A stretch of 63,636 bases of DNA, the filler included. It is 3 parts of 3 records of this genome, joined end to end, with 100 filler letters (N's around TTAATTAATTAA, not from the genome) between each part and the next. Parts side by side here need not be neighbours in the genome. Positions count along the whole stretch, not along the records: positions 1 to 22,569 come from SRR2962707_1816; 2 more parts are not named here. One strand, written 5' to 3'. The notes under the pieces were generated by a model. The model saw only the letters and a program-made list of their open reading frames with translations. It was not told the origin of the DNA and did not search any database. Positions 1 to 8,718 of this stretch are shown piece by piece. Every line of letters begins with the position of its first letter. Position 1 is the stretch's first letter. A program made the translations under genes and the position numbers.

Positions 1-2
1 AT

Positions 3-266
3 CACATTGGCAAAGCCCATGAAAAACTCATGGCCTCTTTCAGCACTATCCACTGCAATCAACTCATCAAAGCTGGCGCCTGCACAAAAGGTACGATTGC
101 CACCACTTTTGAGGATGATTACTTTGATATCCGGATTTTTCCCTGCTTCTGTGATTGTATCAGTCAGCTTTTTCAGAATATCTCCGGGTAGGGAGTTGCT
201 CTGCTCGGTAAAGAATTCAACGGTACCGATCCCGTTTGTTATGTTAAGGTTTACGTAGTTGCTCAT
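3..266 (-). CDS. Enoyl-CoA hydratase/isomerase family protein of the paa cluster; N-terminal part only, runs off the window start
   Basis: Not in the ORF track. Manual translation from ATG at 266 gives MSNYVNLNITNGIGTVEFFTEQSNSLPG...VIILKSGGNRTFCAGASFDEL, containing the crotonase FCAG motif. Start overlaps the paaZ stop (TAATG). Confidence 0.85.
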   Translation of the reverse strand, partial: MSNYVNLNITNGIGTVEFFTEQSNSLPGDILKKLTDTITEAGKNPDIKVIILKSGGNRTFCAGASFDELIAVDSAERGHEFFMGFANV

Positions 267-2317
267 TAGTTTTGATTTCTCTTTTTAATCATCGTTAGAA
301 TTGTAGCAATGGCTACTGTCTCCCCAGTTTCGTCATAGACGTCCACCAGGAATTTCACGATTCCTTTCGCGATATCATCTTTCTTTTCCTGATCTACTTT
401 TTGCTTAACCGTGCACCTCACGCCGATCGTCATGCCGGGATATACCGGTTTGGTAAATCGACATTCCTCCAGACCGTAGTTCAGAAGAACCGGACCTTTC
501 TTAGCCTGAACGAATAATCCTGCTGCTGCTGATAGAATGAAGTATCCATGGGCCACTCGTCCTTCAAAGGTTGTTCCTTCCAAGGAAGTCACATCGGTGT
601 GAGCATAGAAATGATCCCAGCTTACATTGGCAAACGTGACAATGTCACCTTCCGTGATGGTACGCTTAGCGGTAATTACCGTATCTCCTACTTCTAAATC
701 TTCAAAGTGCTTGGAGAATGGGTGTGTTTCAGTGTCTTTATATTCTCCACCATATTGATACTGCTGAGTTATTTCAGTTAATGTGGTTGGTGATCCTTGA
801 ATGGCCGTACGCTGCAGGTAGTGCAGTACTCCACGTTTTCCACCCATTTCTTCGCCACCTCCGGCACGTCCTGGTCCACCGTGAACGAGCATGGGTAGGG
901 GTGATCCATGGCCGGTGTTTTCTTTGGCACACTTCTCATTCAGCACTAAAATACGTCCGTGATGCGTAGCTGCTCCAACCACATATTCACGGGCAAGCTT
1001 ATCATTTGCCGTGGTGATAGAAGAACAAAGTGACCCTTTACCTTTCTTGGAAATGGCGATGGCTTCATCCATGGTTTTGTACGGCAGAATAGTGCTCACC
1101 GGCCCAAACGCTTCAATGTTGTGTACTTCTTCGGTATTCAGTGGATTTTGATTTACGAAAAGCATCGGGGACATAAATGCTCCTTTTTTCCAGTCCGCGC
1201 CCATAGCTTCACCCACATTGTCAAGCGAACCATAAACCAGATCAGAAGTCTTGGCTAATTCGGCCACTCGCTTGGTCACTTCTTCCAGTTGCTCTTTTCC
1301 AGCAAGAGCACCCATGCGTACACCTTCCACATCGGGATCACCGATGGTCGTTTTTTCAAAAGCTTTACCTAGTGCGATTTGCACATCTTCCACCAGCTTT
1401 TCAGGTACAATGATTCTTCTTACCGCCGTACACTTCTGACCGCATTTTACTGTGATCTCTTTTCGAACTTCTTTGATAAATAGGTCAAATTCAGGAGTTC
1501 CTGGAACCGCATCTTCTCCTAATACGGCACAGTTTAGGGAGTCGGCTTCCAGGTTGAATGGAACGGAGTTTTCTACAATCTGCGGGAGCGTTTTTAGTTT
1601 TTTACCCGTGTCAAAAGATCCTGTGAACGTGACCACATCCTGCGAGTCTACATGATCCAGGATCCCATTCCCATAGCCGGCAACTAGTTGCAATGCTCCT
1701 TCTGGTAGAATTTTAGAATCAATAATTTCTTTGACCATTGCTTCGGTGAGGTAGCAGGTTTGCTCTGCAGGCTTCACGATGCAGGGCATTCCGGCCAACC
1801 AGTTTACCGCGGCTTTTTCCAGCATCCCCCAGATCGGAAAGTTGAATGCGTTGATATGCACTGCAACGCCATCTTTCGGAACCATAATATGGTGTCCAAC
1901 AAACGTCCCTTCCTTTGATAGGCCGATTGTTTCTCCATCTACATGGTAAGGGAGGTCAGGAAATTGCCTTCTTAAAGAAGCATTGGAAAACACATTGCCA
2001 ATCCCACCCTCAATATCGATCCAGCTATCCACACGGGTTGCCCCGGTTGCTTTGCTGACCTCATAAAGCTTTTCCTTGTTGTCTAGCAAGTGGAAGGCAA
2101 GCGCCTTTAGCATCAGGCCTCTTTCCTGAAATGTCATTTTACGCAGTGCCTGATTCCCAACATTTCTCGCATGGTCGTATGCATCTTTAAAATCAATGCC
2201 TTCAATGGTATGAGCTGCTACCGGCTCCCCGGTGATGGCATGATGAAGTACCTCTCCATCTCCGCTTCCTTCAATCCATTTTCCTGCGATGTAGTGTTTT
2301 ATCTTGGGTATTGACAT
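266..2317 (-). CDS. paaZ: Bifunctional oxepin-CoA hydrolase / aldehyde dehydrogenase PaaZ
   Basis: ALDH domain (INAFNFPIWGMLEK, FTGS, GQKCTAVRR, EAFGPV) fused to a C-terminal MaoC domain (DHFYAH, VAHGYF). Confidence 0.95.
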   Translation of the reverse strand: MSIPKIKHYIAGKWIEGSGDGEVLHHAITGEPVAAHTIEGIDFKDAYDHARNVGNQALRKMTFQERGLMLKALAFHLLDNKEKLYEVSKATGATRVDSWIDIEGGIGNVFSNASLRRQFPDLPYHVDGETIGLSKEGTFVGHHIMVPKDGVAVHINAFNFPIWGMLEKAAVNWLAGMPCIVKPAEQTCYLTEAMVKEIIDSKILPEGALQLVAGYGNGILDHVDSQDVVTFTGSFDTGKKLKTLPQIVENSVPFNLEADSLNCAVLGEDAVPGTPEFDLFIKEVRKEITVKCGQKCTAVRRIIVPEKLVEDVQIALGKAFEKTTIGDPDVEGVRMGALAGKEQLEEVTKRVAELAKTSDLVYGSLDNVGEAMGADWKKGAFMSPMLFVNQNPLNTEEVHNIEAFGPVSTILPYKTMDEAIAISKKGKGSLCSSITTANDKLAREYVVGAATHHGRILVLNEKCAKENTGHGSPLPMLVHGGPGRAGGGEEMGGKRGVLHYLQRTAIQGSPTTLTEITQQYQYGGEYKDTETHPFSKHFEDLEVGDTVITAKRTITEGDIVTFANVSWDHFYAHTDVTSLEGTTFEGRVAHGYFILSAAAGLFVQAKKGPVLLNYGLEECRFTKPVYPGMTIGVRCTVKQKVDQEKKDDIAKGIVKFLVDVYDETGETVAIATILTMIKKRNQN

Positions 2318-2371
2318 GTGTTGTTTCGTTCTAAGTTCAGATGTAAAGTTAAGCAGATATAAGAAGCAGAC

Positions 2372-3004
2372 TTAACTAAAAAGCCCATGAAGTTCCGTGT
2401 CTATTTTGAATACGATATCTGAGAAGTCTTCTGTGTTTTTCACGAAATCAATTTCAGTCACATCAATAATTAATAACCTTCCTGCATCATAGTTTGCAAT
2501 CCAATCTTCGTAGTGCTGATTTAACCCTTTCAGATAATCTATTCGAATGAGATTTTCATAATCCCGTCCTCGCGTTTCAATGTTTTTCACGAGTTTACTA
2601 ATGTCTGACTTGAGGTAAATAAGTAAGTCCGGTGGCTTCACAAATTCAACCATTGAGTCGAATAAAGCACGGTAGTTTCGGTAATCTCGTTCCTTGAAAA
2701 ACCCCTGTTTGTATAGGCTTTCGGCAAAGATGTAGGCATCCTCATAGATGGTGCGATCCTGAATAATTGTTTTGTCACTTGCTCTCAATTTGCTGAGTTG
2801 CTCGAGCCGACTATTCAGAAAATAAATTTGTAAGTGGAAGGTCCACTTATGCATATCCCCATAAAAATCCTGCAGATACGGGTTGTCTTCCACTGATTCA
2901 AATTCAGCTTGCCAGCCGTAATGCCTGGCCAGCATCTCTGTAAGGGTGGTTTTCCCAGCACCGATATTACCGGATACCGCAATATGCATATTCTGATCTG
3001 CCAT
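2372..3004 (-). CDS. Deoxynucleoside kinase (dNK family)
   Basis: P-loop GNIGAGKTT, DRTIYED, PDLLIYL and RGRDYE lid motifs. Confidence 0.9.
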   Translation of the reverse strand: MADQNMHIAVSGNIGAGKTTLTEMLARHYGWQAEFESVEDNPYLQDFYGDMHKWTFHLQIYFLNSRLEQLSKLRASDKTIIQDRTIYEDAYIFAESLYKQGFFKERDYRNYRALFDSMVEFVKPPDLLIYLKSDISKLVKNIETRGRDYENLIRIDYLKGLNQHYEDWIANYDAGRLLIIDVTEIDFVKNTEDFSDIVFKIDTELHGLFS

Positions 3005-3018
3005 GTAATTGAAATGAT

Positions 3019-3612
3019 CTATTTCTTCGTTTCGTTCCAGGTTTTATATGCCGCTGATGCAGTAGGACGGTTTGGCTCCACTTCACGCAGAGGCTCACAT
3101 TCCTTTAAGGTATCATAGCACTCTTTCGGAAGCTGCTGATAGAGTTTGGTTCCCTCTGTCTTCCAGGAGATCATGTCATCACTCACCTCTTTTATTTTCC
3201 TGGCAGGATTACCAACGATCAAACTACGAGGCTCAAATATGGAATCAGCTTTGATAAATGCCAGTGCCCCAACAATGGATTCATCCCCTATTTCAGCATT
3301 ATCCATGATGACTGCATTCATACCTACAAGCACGTTTCTGCCGATGTTAGCCCCATGGACAATGGCCCCATGTCCGATATGTGCACTTTCTTTTAAGGTG
3401 ATAGTAATCCCCGGAAACATGTGAATGGTACAGTTTTCCTGCACATTGCAACCGTCTTCAATGATGATCCTGCCCCAATCACCACGGATGGCGGCTCCCG
3501 GGCCAACATACACGTCTTTGCCGATAATAACATCACCCGTAACCGCAGCTAATGGGTGGATAAATGCAGTTGGGTGAATGACTGGTTTATGGTTATTAAA
3601 CTCGTAAATCAT
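3019..3612 (-). CDS. paaY: PaaY-like hexapeptide-repeat (gamma-carbonic anhydrase family) protein
   Basis: Hexapeptide repeats, IRGDWG, NVQENC and IGHGAIVHG motifs; paa context. Confidence 0.85.
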   Translation of the reverse strand: MIYEFNNHKPVIHPTAFIHPLAAVTGDVIIGKDVYVGPGAAIRGDWGRIIIEDGCNVQENCTIHMFPGITITLKESAHIGHGAIVHGANIGRNVLVGMNAVIMDNAEIGDESIVGALAFIKADSIFEPRSLIVGNPARKIKEVSDDMISWKTEGTKLYQQLPKECYDTLKECEPLREVEPNRPTASAAYKTWNETKK

Positions 3613-3633
3613 TGATAATTAATATTTTATGAA

Positions 3634-3655
3634 AAATACCAAGTTTGTGGTATTT
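3634..3655. promoter_or_regulatory. Perfect 8-bp inverted repeat between divergent genes; candidate operator
   Basis: AAATACCA-N6-TGGTATTT lies between the starts of paaY and the beta-barrel gene. Confidence 0.35.
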
Positions 3656-3711
3656 ACTTTCTGTTTCAGGATCACTACCTTACAATACAAAAATCACTAA
3701 CTAATACTATT

Positions 3712-4227
3712 ATGAAAAAGTTAATCTTAAGTATTTGCGCGATTTCACTGTTTGCCTATACTGCTAGTGCGCAGTTTCACATTGAACTTGGACCTAACTT
3801 CAACTTGCCTCAAGGAGATTTTGCTGATACATATGATTTGGGAATTGGTTTTTACATTGAACCAAAGTATGCAATGACAGAGAATATTGATCTTGGTTTG
3901 TATATTGGAAGTAATGGTTTTGCTGGCGCAGATGTTGCTGGTCAATCATATGGAGCACAAGCTATTGTTCCGGTCCTTGCAACTGGTACTTATCGTCTTT
4001 CAGATGGCAAGATCACTCCTTATGGAGGTCTTGGTTTAGGGATGTATTTCGCAAAAGCTGTTGAGGTAAATGGGGTTGAAGTTGGAGACGCTGGGTCAGA
4101 ATTTGGGTTTGCCCCTAGGGCCGGTGTTTACATTGGGCGGATGAATCTAGGAGTTGCCTACAATATCGTGAAAGACACTAACTATTTACAAATCAATTTG
4201 GGCGTTAGAATCCTAAGCAGAGACTAA
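3712..4227 (+). CDS. Small outer-membrane beta-barrel protein (Bacteroidota OMP_b-brl/porin-like family)
   Basis: Signal peptide MKKLILS...ASAQ, alternating amphipathic strands, TPYGGLGLG motif, C-terminal INLGVRI strand. Confidence 0.8.
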   Translation: MKKLILSICAISLFAYTASAQFHIELGPNFNLPQGDFADTYDLGIGFYIEPKYAMTENIDLGLYIGSNGFAGADVAGQSYGAQAIVPVLATGTYRLSDGKITPYGGLGLGMYFAKAVEVNGVEVGDAGSEFGFAPRAGVYIGRMNLGVAYNIVKDTNYLQINLGVRILSRD

Positions 4228-4246
4228 AATATTGTACATTTAAAAC

Positions 4247-4270
4247 AAAAAGGGGCGAAAGCCCCTTTTT
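4247..4270. terminator. Bidirectional intrinsic terminator
   Basis: AAAAAGGGGC-GAAA-GCCCCTTTTT between convergent genes. Confidence 0.85.
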
Positions 4271-5475
4271 TATACCCTTTCCAAAATCACTGCATACCCT
4301 TGTCCAACACCTATGCACATGGTGCAGAGTGCATATTTCTTACCAGTCTTCTGAAGCTGCAATGCTGCTGAATGCGTGATCCGGGCACCTGTCATGCCTA
4401 GTGGATGTCCAATCGCAATAGCCCCTCCATTTGGGTTGATTCGCTCATCATCATCAGCAAGACCCAAAGAACGAGTACATGCAAGCGATTGTGCAGCAAA
4501 TGCCTCATTCAATTCGATGATGTCCATCTGATCCAGCGAAAGTCCGGCTTTTACCAACGCTTTTTTTGATGCCTCCACTGGACCAATCCCCATAATTCGC
4601 GGTTCTACGCCTACAACGGCAGATGAAACAATTCTTGCCATTGGCTTGAGGTTATGATTCTTTATCGCATCCTCAGAAGCAACCAAAACAGCTGCCGCTC
4701 CATCATTTAATCCGGATGAATTACCGGCAGTGACAGATCCATCTTTTTTAAATGCAGCACGAAGCTTACCTAATATCTCCATGCTTGTTGTTGGTTTCAC
4801 AAACTCATCTTTATCAAAAATGATTGGGTCGGCTTTTCTCTGAGGTATTTCAACGGCTACAATTTCCTCTGCTAACCTACCATTTTTTTGTGCTTCCGTG
4901 GCTTTAATTTGAGAGCGGTAAGCAAAAGCATCCTGATCTTCTCTGCTGATTTTGTGAATTTCTACCAGGTTTTCCGCAGTTTGACCCATGCCGTCTGTTC
5001 CATAGAGCTCTTCCATTTTTGGATTGATGAATCTCCACCCGAAACTGGAATCATACATTTTAGCATCTGTTCCAAACGGCTTGGCAGATTTAGAGATCAC
5101 CCATGGTCCACGGGTCATGTTTTCCACTCCACCCGAAATAAAAAGGTCTCCATCTCCTGTTTTGATTGCACGGTTTGCATGAACAATGGAAGACATACCT
5201 GAAGCACACAATCGATTTACCGTCTCTCCTGGAACGGAAAAAGGTAATCCAGCAAGTAGAAGAGCCATACGAGCAACATTTCGATTGTCTTCCCCTGCTT
5301 GATTAGCACAGCCCATGATCACTTCATCGATGGAAGCAGGATCAAGTTCGGAATTCCTATTCATCAATTCTTTAATCACCAGAGCCGCAAGGTCGTCTGT
5401 ACGAACGGCTCCTAAAGTGCCTCCAAAGTTTCCAATGGGTGTTCTGATTCCGTCTATGATGTATGCTTCTTTCAT
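4270..5475 (-). CDS. pcaF: 3-oxoadipyl-CoA / PaaJ-type beta-ketoacyl-CoA thiolase
   Basis: Thiolase motifs NRLCASGM, NEAFAAQ, GHPLG, CIGVGQG and PcaF/PaaJ-type GEDNRNVARMA. Start placed at ATG 5475 (MKEAYII) rather than 5529. Confidence 0.9.
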   Translation of the reverse strand: MKEAYIIDGIRTPIGNFGGTLGAVRTDDLAALVIKELMNRNSELDPASIDEVIMGCANQAGEDNRNVARMALLLAGLPFSVPGETVNRLCASGMSSIVHANRAIKTGDGDLFISGGVENMTRGPWVISKSAKPFGTDAKMYDSSFGWRFINPKMEELYGTDGMGQTAENLVEIHKISREDQDAFAYRSQIKATEAQKNGRLAEEIVAVEIPQRKADPIIFDKDEFVKPTTSMEILGKLRAAFKKDGSVTAGNSSGLNDGAAAVLVASEDAIKNHNLKPMARIVSSAVVGVEPRIMGIGPVEASKKALVKAGLSLDQMDIIELNEAFAAQSLACTRSLGLADDDERINPNGGAIAIGHPLGMTGARITHSAALQLQKTGKKYALCTMCIGVGQGYAVILERV

Positions 5476-5557
5476 TCTTATCGAGATTTCTTGTTTCGCA
5501 AAAAAACAGCCTTCTATCTTACCTACCAATTAACCGCATTACTAATTAAGAAATTCC

Positions 5558-5588
5558 TTTGCCGCCCATCGTTCATACCTTAATTTTG
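5558..5588 (+). promoter_or_regulatory. Bacteroidota housekeeping promoter (-33/-7) upstream of carB
   Basis: TTTG (5558-5561), 19-nt spacer, TAATTTTG (5581-5588) matches the TTTG-N19-21-TAnnTTTG consensus. Confidence 0.7.
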
Positions 5589-5636
5589 CCGGAATTTGTT
5601 TTAACCTGATTAACTCACAGGAAATACACTTATCTC

Positions 5637-8453
5637 ATGCCTAAAAACCCAAAAATTAAATCAGTCTTAATTATCGGAAGCGGTCCCATCATCATTGGTC
5701 AGGCCTGCGAATTTGATTATTCAGGATCTCAAGCCTCCAAATCATTACGAGAGGAAGGAATTGAAGTGACACTGATCAATTCCAATCCTGCTACGATCAT
5801 GACTGATCCGGTAACCGCGGACAACATTTATCTGAAGCCACTTACCAAGCAGTCGATACGCGAAATACTGGAAGAGCATCCGCAAATTGATGCGGTACTT
5901 CCTACCATGGGCGGTCAAACTGCTTTGAACCTTGCGATAGATTGTGACAAAGCTGGTATCTGGGAGAAGTATAATGTGGAGATGATAGGGGTGAATATTG
6001 AAGCCATAGAGACCACAGAAGATCGGGAGAAGTTCAGGCATAAAATGATTGAGCTTGGGATAGGCGTTTGTAAGGGAGAAACAGCCACCTCCTTCCTAAA
6101 GGGTAAGGAGATTGCTCAGGAGATTGGTTTCCCGCTAGTTATTCGTCCTTCTTATACCCTTGGTGGATACGGTGGTGGATTTGTAAATACAGCAGAGGAG
6201 TTTGATAATGCGTTGAATGCAGGGTTGCAAGCCTCACCTATTCATGAGGTGTTGGTAGAGCAAAGTATACTTGGCTGGAAAGAATATGAGGTTGAGCTTC
6301 TGAGAGATAACCTGGGTAACATCATTATTATCTGTTCGATCGAAAACTTCGATCCGATGGGAGTTCATACTGGTGACTCCATCACCGTAGCTCCCGCCAT
6401 GACATTATCTGACACGGTTTATCAGAAGATGCGTGATATGGCCAAGCTGATGATGAATGGAATTGGCCACTTTGCCGGAGGGTGTAATGTGCAGTTCTCA
6501 GTAAATCCTGACACGGAAGACATTATTGGGATTGAAATTAATCCTCGTGTATCCCGTTCATCAGCACTTGCATCAAAAGCAACCGGATATCCGATTGCGA
6601 AAATTGCTGCCAAGCTGGCCATCGGTTACAACCTGGATGAGTTGAAAAACCAAATCACTAAAACGACTTCTGCGTTCTTCGAACCTGCGATTGACTACAC
6701 GATAGTTAAGGTTCCACGATGGAACTTCGATAAATTTAAAGGATCAGATAGAAAGTTAGGTCTTCAGATGAAGTCGGTAGGTGAGGCCATGGGAATTGGC
6801 CGAAATTTTCAGGAGGCGCTTCAGAAAGCATGTCAGTCACTGGAGATTAAAAGAAACGGATTAGGTGCAGACGGACGTGAATTGAAAGATCAGGAAGCAA
6901 TACTCCACAGTTTGGAGCATCCTAGCTGGAACAGACTTTTCCATATATATGATGCTTTCAAACTTGGAATTCCTTTCAAGACCATTCATAAGCTTACTAA
7001 GATTGATCCATGGTTTCTGAACCAGATCGAAGAGCTGATTACACTGGAAAAGGAAATTGAAAAATACAAAGTTGAAGATATTCCTAAAAGCTTGCTGATG
7101 GAAGCTAAGCAAAAGGGATATGCTGACCGGCAGATCGCCCACCTCATGGGTTGTTTGGAGAGTGAAGTTTATAAGAAACGAAATGATGAGGGAATCAAGC
7201 GAGTATACAAGCTGGTGGATACCTGTGCAGCAGAGTTCGAAGCACAAACGCCTTATTACTACTCCACCTTCGAAGAGGAGAATGAATCGGTTGTTACCGA
7301 TAAAAAGAAAATCATTGTTCTTGGTTCTGGGCCAAACCGGATCGGTCAGGGAATCGAATTTGATTACTCATGTGTACACGGGGTGTTGGCCGCTAAAGAA
7401 TGCGGGTACGAAACCATCATGATTAACTGTAATCCGGAGACCGTTTCTACTGATTTCGATGTGGCGGATAAGCTTTACTTTGAGCCAGTCTTCTGGGAGC
7501 ATATTTATGACATTATTCTACATGAGAAGCCAGAAGGAGTGATCGTTCAATTAGGAGGCCAGACAGCTCTAAAGCTTGCAGAGAAGCTTGAACGATACGG
7601 AATTAAGATTCTTGGGACGAGTTTCAAAGCACTGGATTTGGCAGAAGCCAGGGGTCGATTCTCTGACTTGTTAAAAGAAAACAATATTCCTTACCCACTT
7701 TATGGAACCATCGAAAGTGCAGAGGAGGCGGTTGAGCTATCCAAAGAATTAGGATTTCCGCTACTTGTGCGACCTAGCTATGTGCTGGGTGGGCAAAGTA
7801 TGAAAATCGTAATCAACGAGACCGAGTTGGAGCAGCATGTGGTGGATATTTTGAAGGATAAACCAGATGGTGAAATTCTTCTTGATCACTTCCTTGAAGG
7901 TGCGATAGAGGCTGAGGCCGATGCGATTTGTGATGGAGAGAATGTATATATCATCGGTATTATGCAGCACATTGAACCAGCCGGTATTCATTCCGGTGAT
8001 TCTTATGCTGTTCTTCCCCCTTATAATCTAGGTGACTTGGTGATGCGCCAGATTGAAGATTACACAAAGAAAATTGCCATTGCATTGGAGACTGTGGGAT
8101 TGATTAATATTCAATTCGCAGTAAAGGATGACAAAGTATACATCATAGAAGCAAACCCGAGAGCATCACGAACGGTACCTTTCATTTGTAAAGCATATCG
8201 TGAACCATATGTTAATTATGCTACTAAGGTTATGCTGGGAGAGAAAAAGCTATCGGACTTTGATTTCAAGCCATACAAGAAGGGATATGCGATCAAAGAG
8301 CCGGTCTTCTCATTCCATAAATTCCCGAATGTGAATAAGGAGTTGGGTCCTGAAATGAAATCGACTGGTGAGGCGATTTACTTCATCGATGATTTAATGG
8401 ATGATTATTTCATGGAAATTTATGCTGAACGAAACTTGTATTTGAGTAGATAA
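5637..8453 (+). CDS. carB: Carbamoyl-phosphate synthase large subunit, short form without C-terminal MGS-like domain
   Basis: GSGPIIIGQACEFDYSG and GSGPNRIGQGIEFDY, two ATP-grasp domains, LGPEMKSTGE near the C-terminus; 938 aa. Confidence 0.95.
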   Translation: MPKNPKIKSVLIIGSGPIIIGQACEFDYSGSQASKSLREEGIEVTLINSNPATIMTDPVTADNIYLKPLTKQSIREILEEHPQIDAVLPTMGGQTALNLAIDCDKAGIWEKYNVEMIGVNIEAIETTEDREKFRHKMIELGIGVCKGETATSFLKGKEIAQEIGFPLVIRPSYTLGGYGGGFVNTAEEFDNALNAGLQASPIHEVLVEQSILGWKEYEVELLRDNLGNIIIICSIENFDPMGVHTGDSITVAPAMTLSDTVYQKMRDMAKLMMNGIGHFAGGCNVQFSVNPDTEDIIGIEINPRVSRSSALASKATGYPIAKIAAKLAIGYNLDELKNQITKTTSAFFEPAIDYTIVKVPRWNFDKFKGSDRKLGLQMKSVGEAMGIGRNFQEALQKACQSLEIKRNGLGADGRELKDQEAILHSLEHPSWNRLFHIYDAFKLGIPFKTIHKLTKIDPWFLNQIEELITLEKEIEKYKVEDIPKSLLMEAKQKGYADRQIAHLMGCLESEVYKKRNDEGIKRVYKLVDTCAAEFEAQTPYYYSTFEEENESVVTDKKKIIVLGSGPNRIGQGIEFDYSCVHGVLAAKECGYETIMINCNPETVSTDFDVADKLYFEPVFWEHIYDIILHEKPEGVIVQLGGQTALKLAEKLERYGIKILGTSFKALDLAEARGRFSDLLKENNIPYPLYGTIESAEEAVELSKELGFPLLVRPSYVLGGQSMKIVINETELEQHVVDILKDKPDGEILLDHFLEGAIEAEADAICDGENVYIIGIMQHIEPAGIHSGDSYAVLPPYNLGDLVMRQIEDYTKKIAIALETVGLINIQFAVKDDKVYIIEANPRASRTVPFICKAYREPYVNYATKVMLGEKKLSDFDFKPYKKGYAIKEPVFSFHKFPNVNKELGPEMKSTGEAIYFIDDLMDDYFMEIYAERNLYLSR

Positions 8454-8465
8454 GTTTAAAAGGGT

Positions 8466-8717
8466 ATGCTGAAGATTATAATCATACTGATCCTGATCGG
8501 ATATGTTTTTTATAGGGTGACCTCATTAATTTTTTCAGGGCTTTTTGGGGGCTTCAACAGGCAGCAGCATTTCGGTCAAAGCCAGTCGCAGTATACCAGG
8601 AAGTCCAGAAAGGCTCCTAATTCCAATCTGAACATTGATAATGTTCCTGGCAATCGATCCAAGAAAGATGGGGATTATCGGGGAGGGGAGTATGTAGATT
8701 TTGAAGAAGTGAAGTAA
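8466..8717 (+). CDS. Small membrane protein, DUF4834-like
   Basis: N-terminal TM helix and C-terminal GEYVDFEEVK motif. Confidence 0.7.
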   Translation: MLKIIIILILIGYVFYRVTSLIFSGLFGGFNRQQHFGQSQSQYTRKSRKAPNSNLNIDNVPGNRSKKDGDYRGGEYVDFEEVK

Positions 8718-8718
8718 A

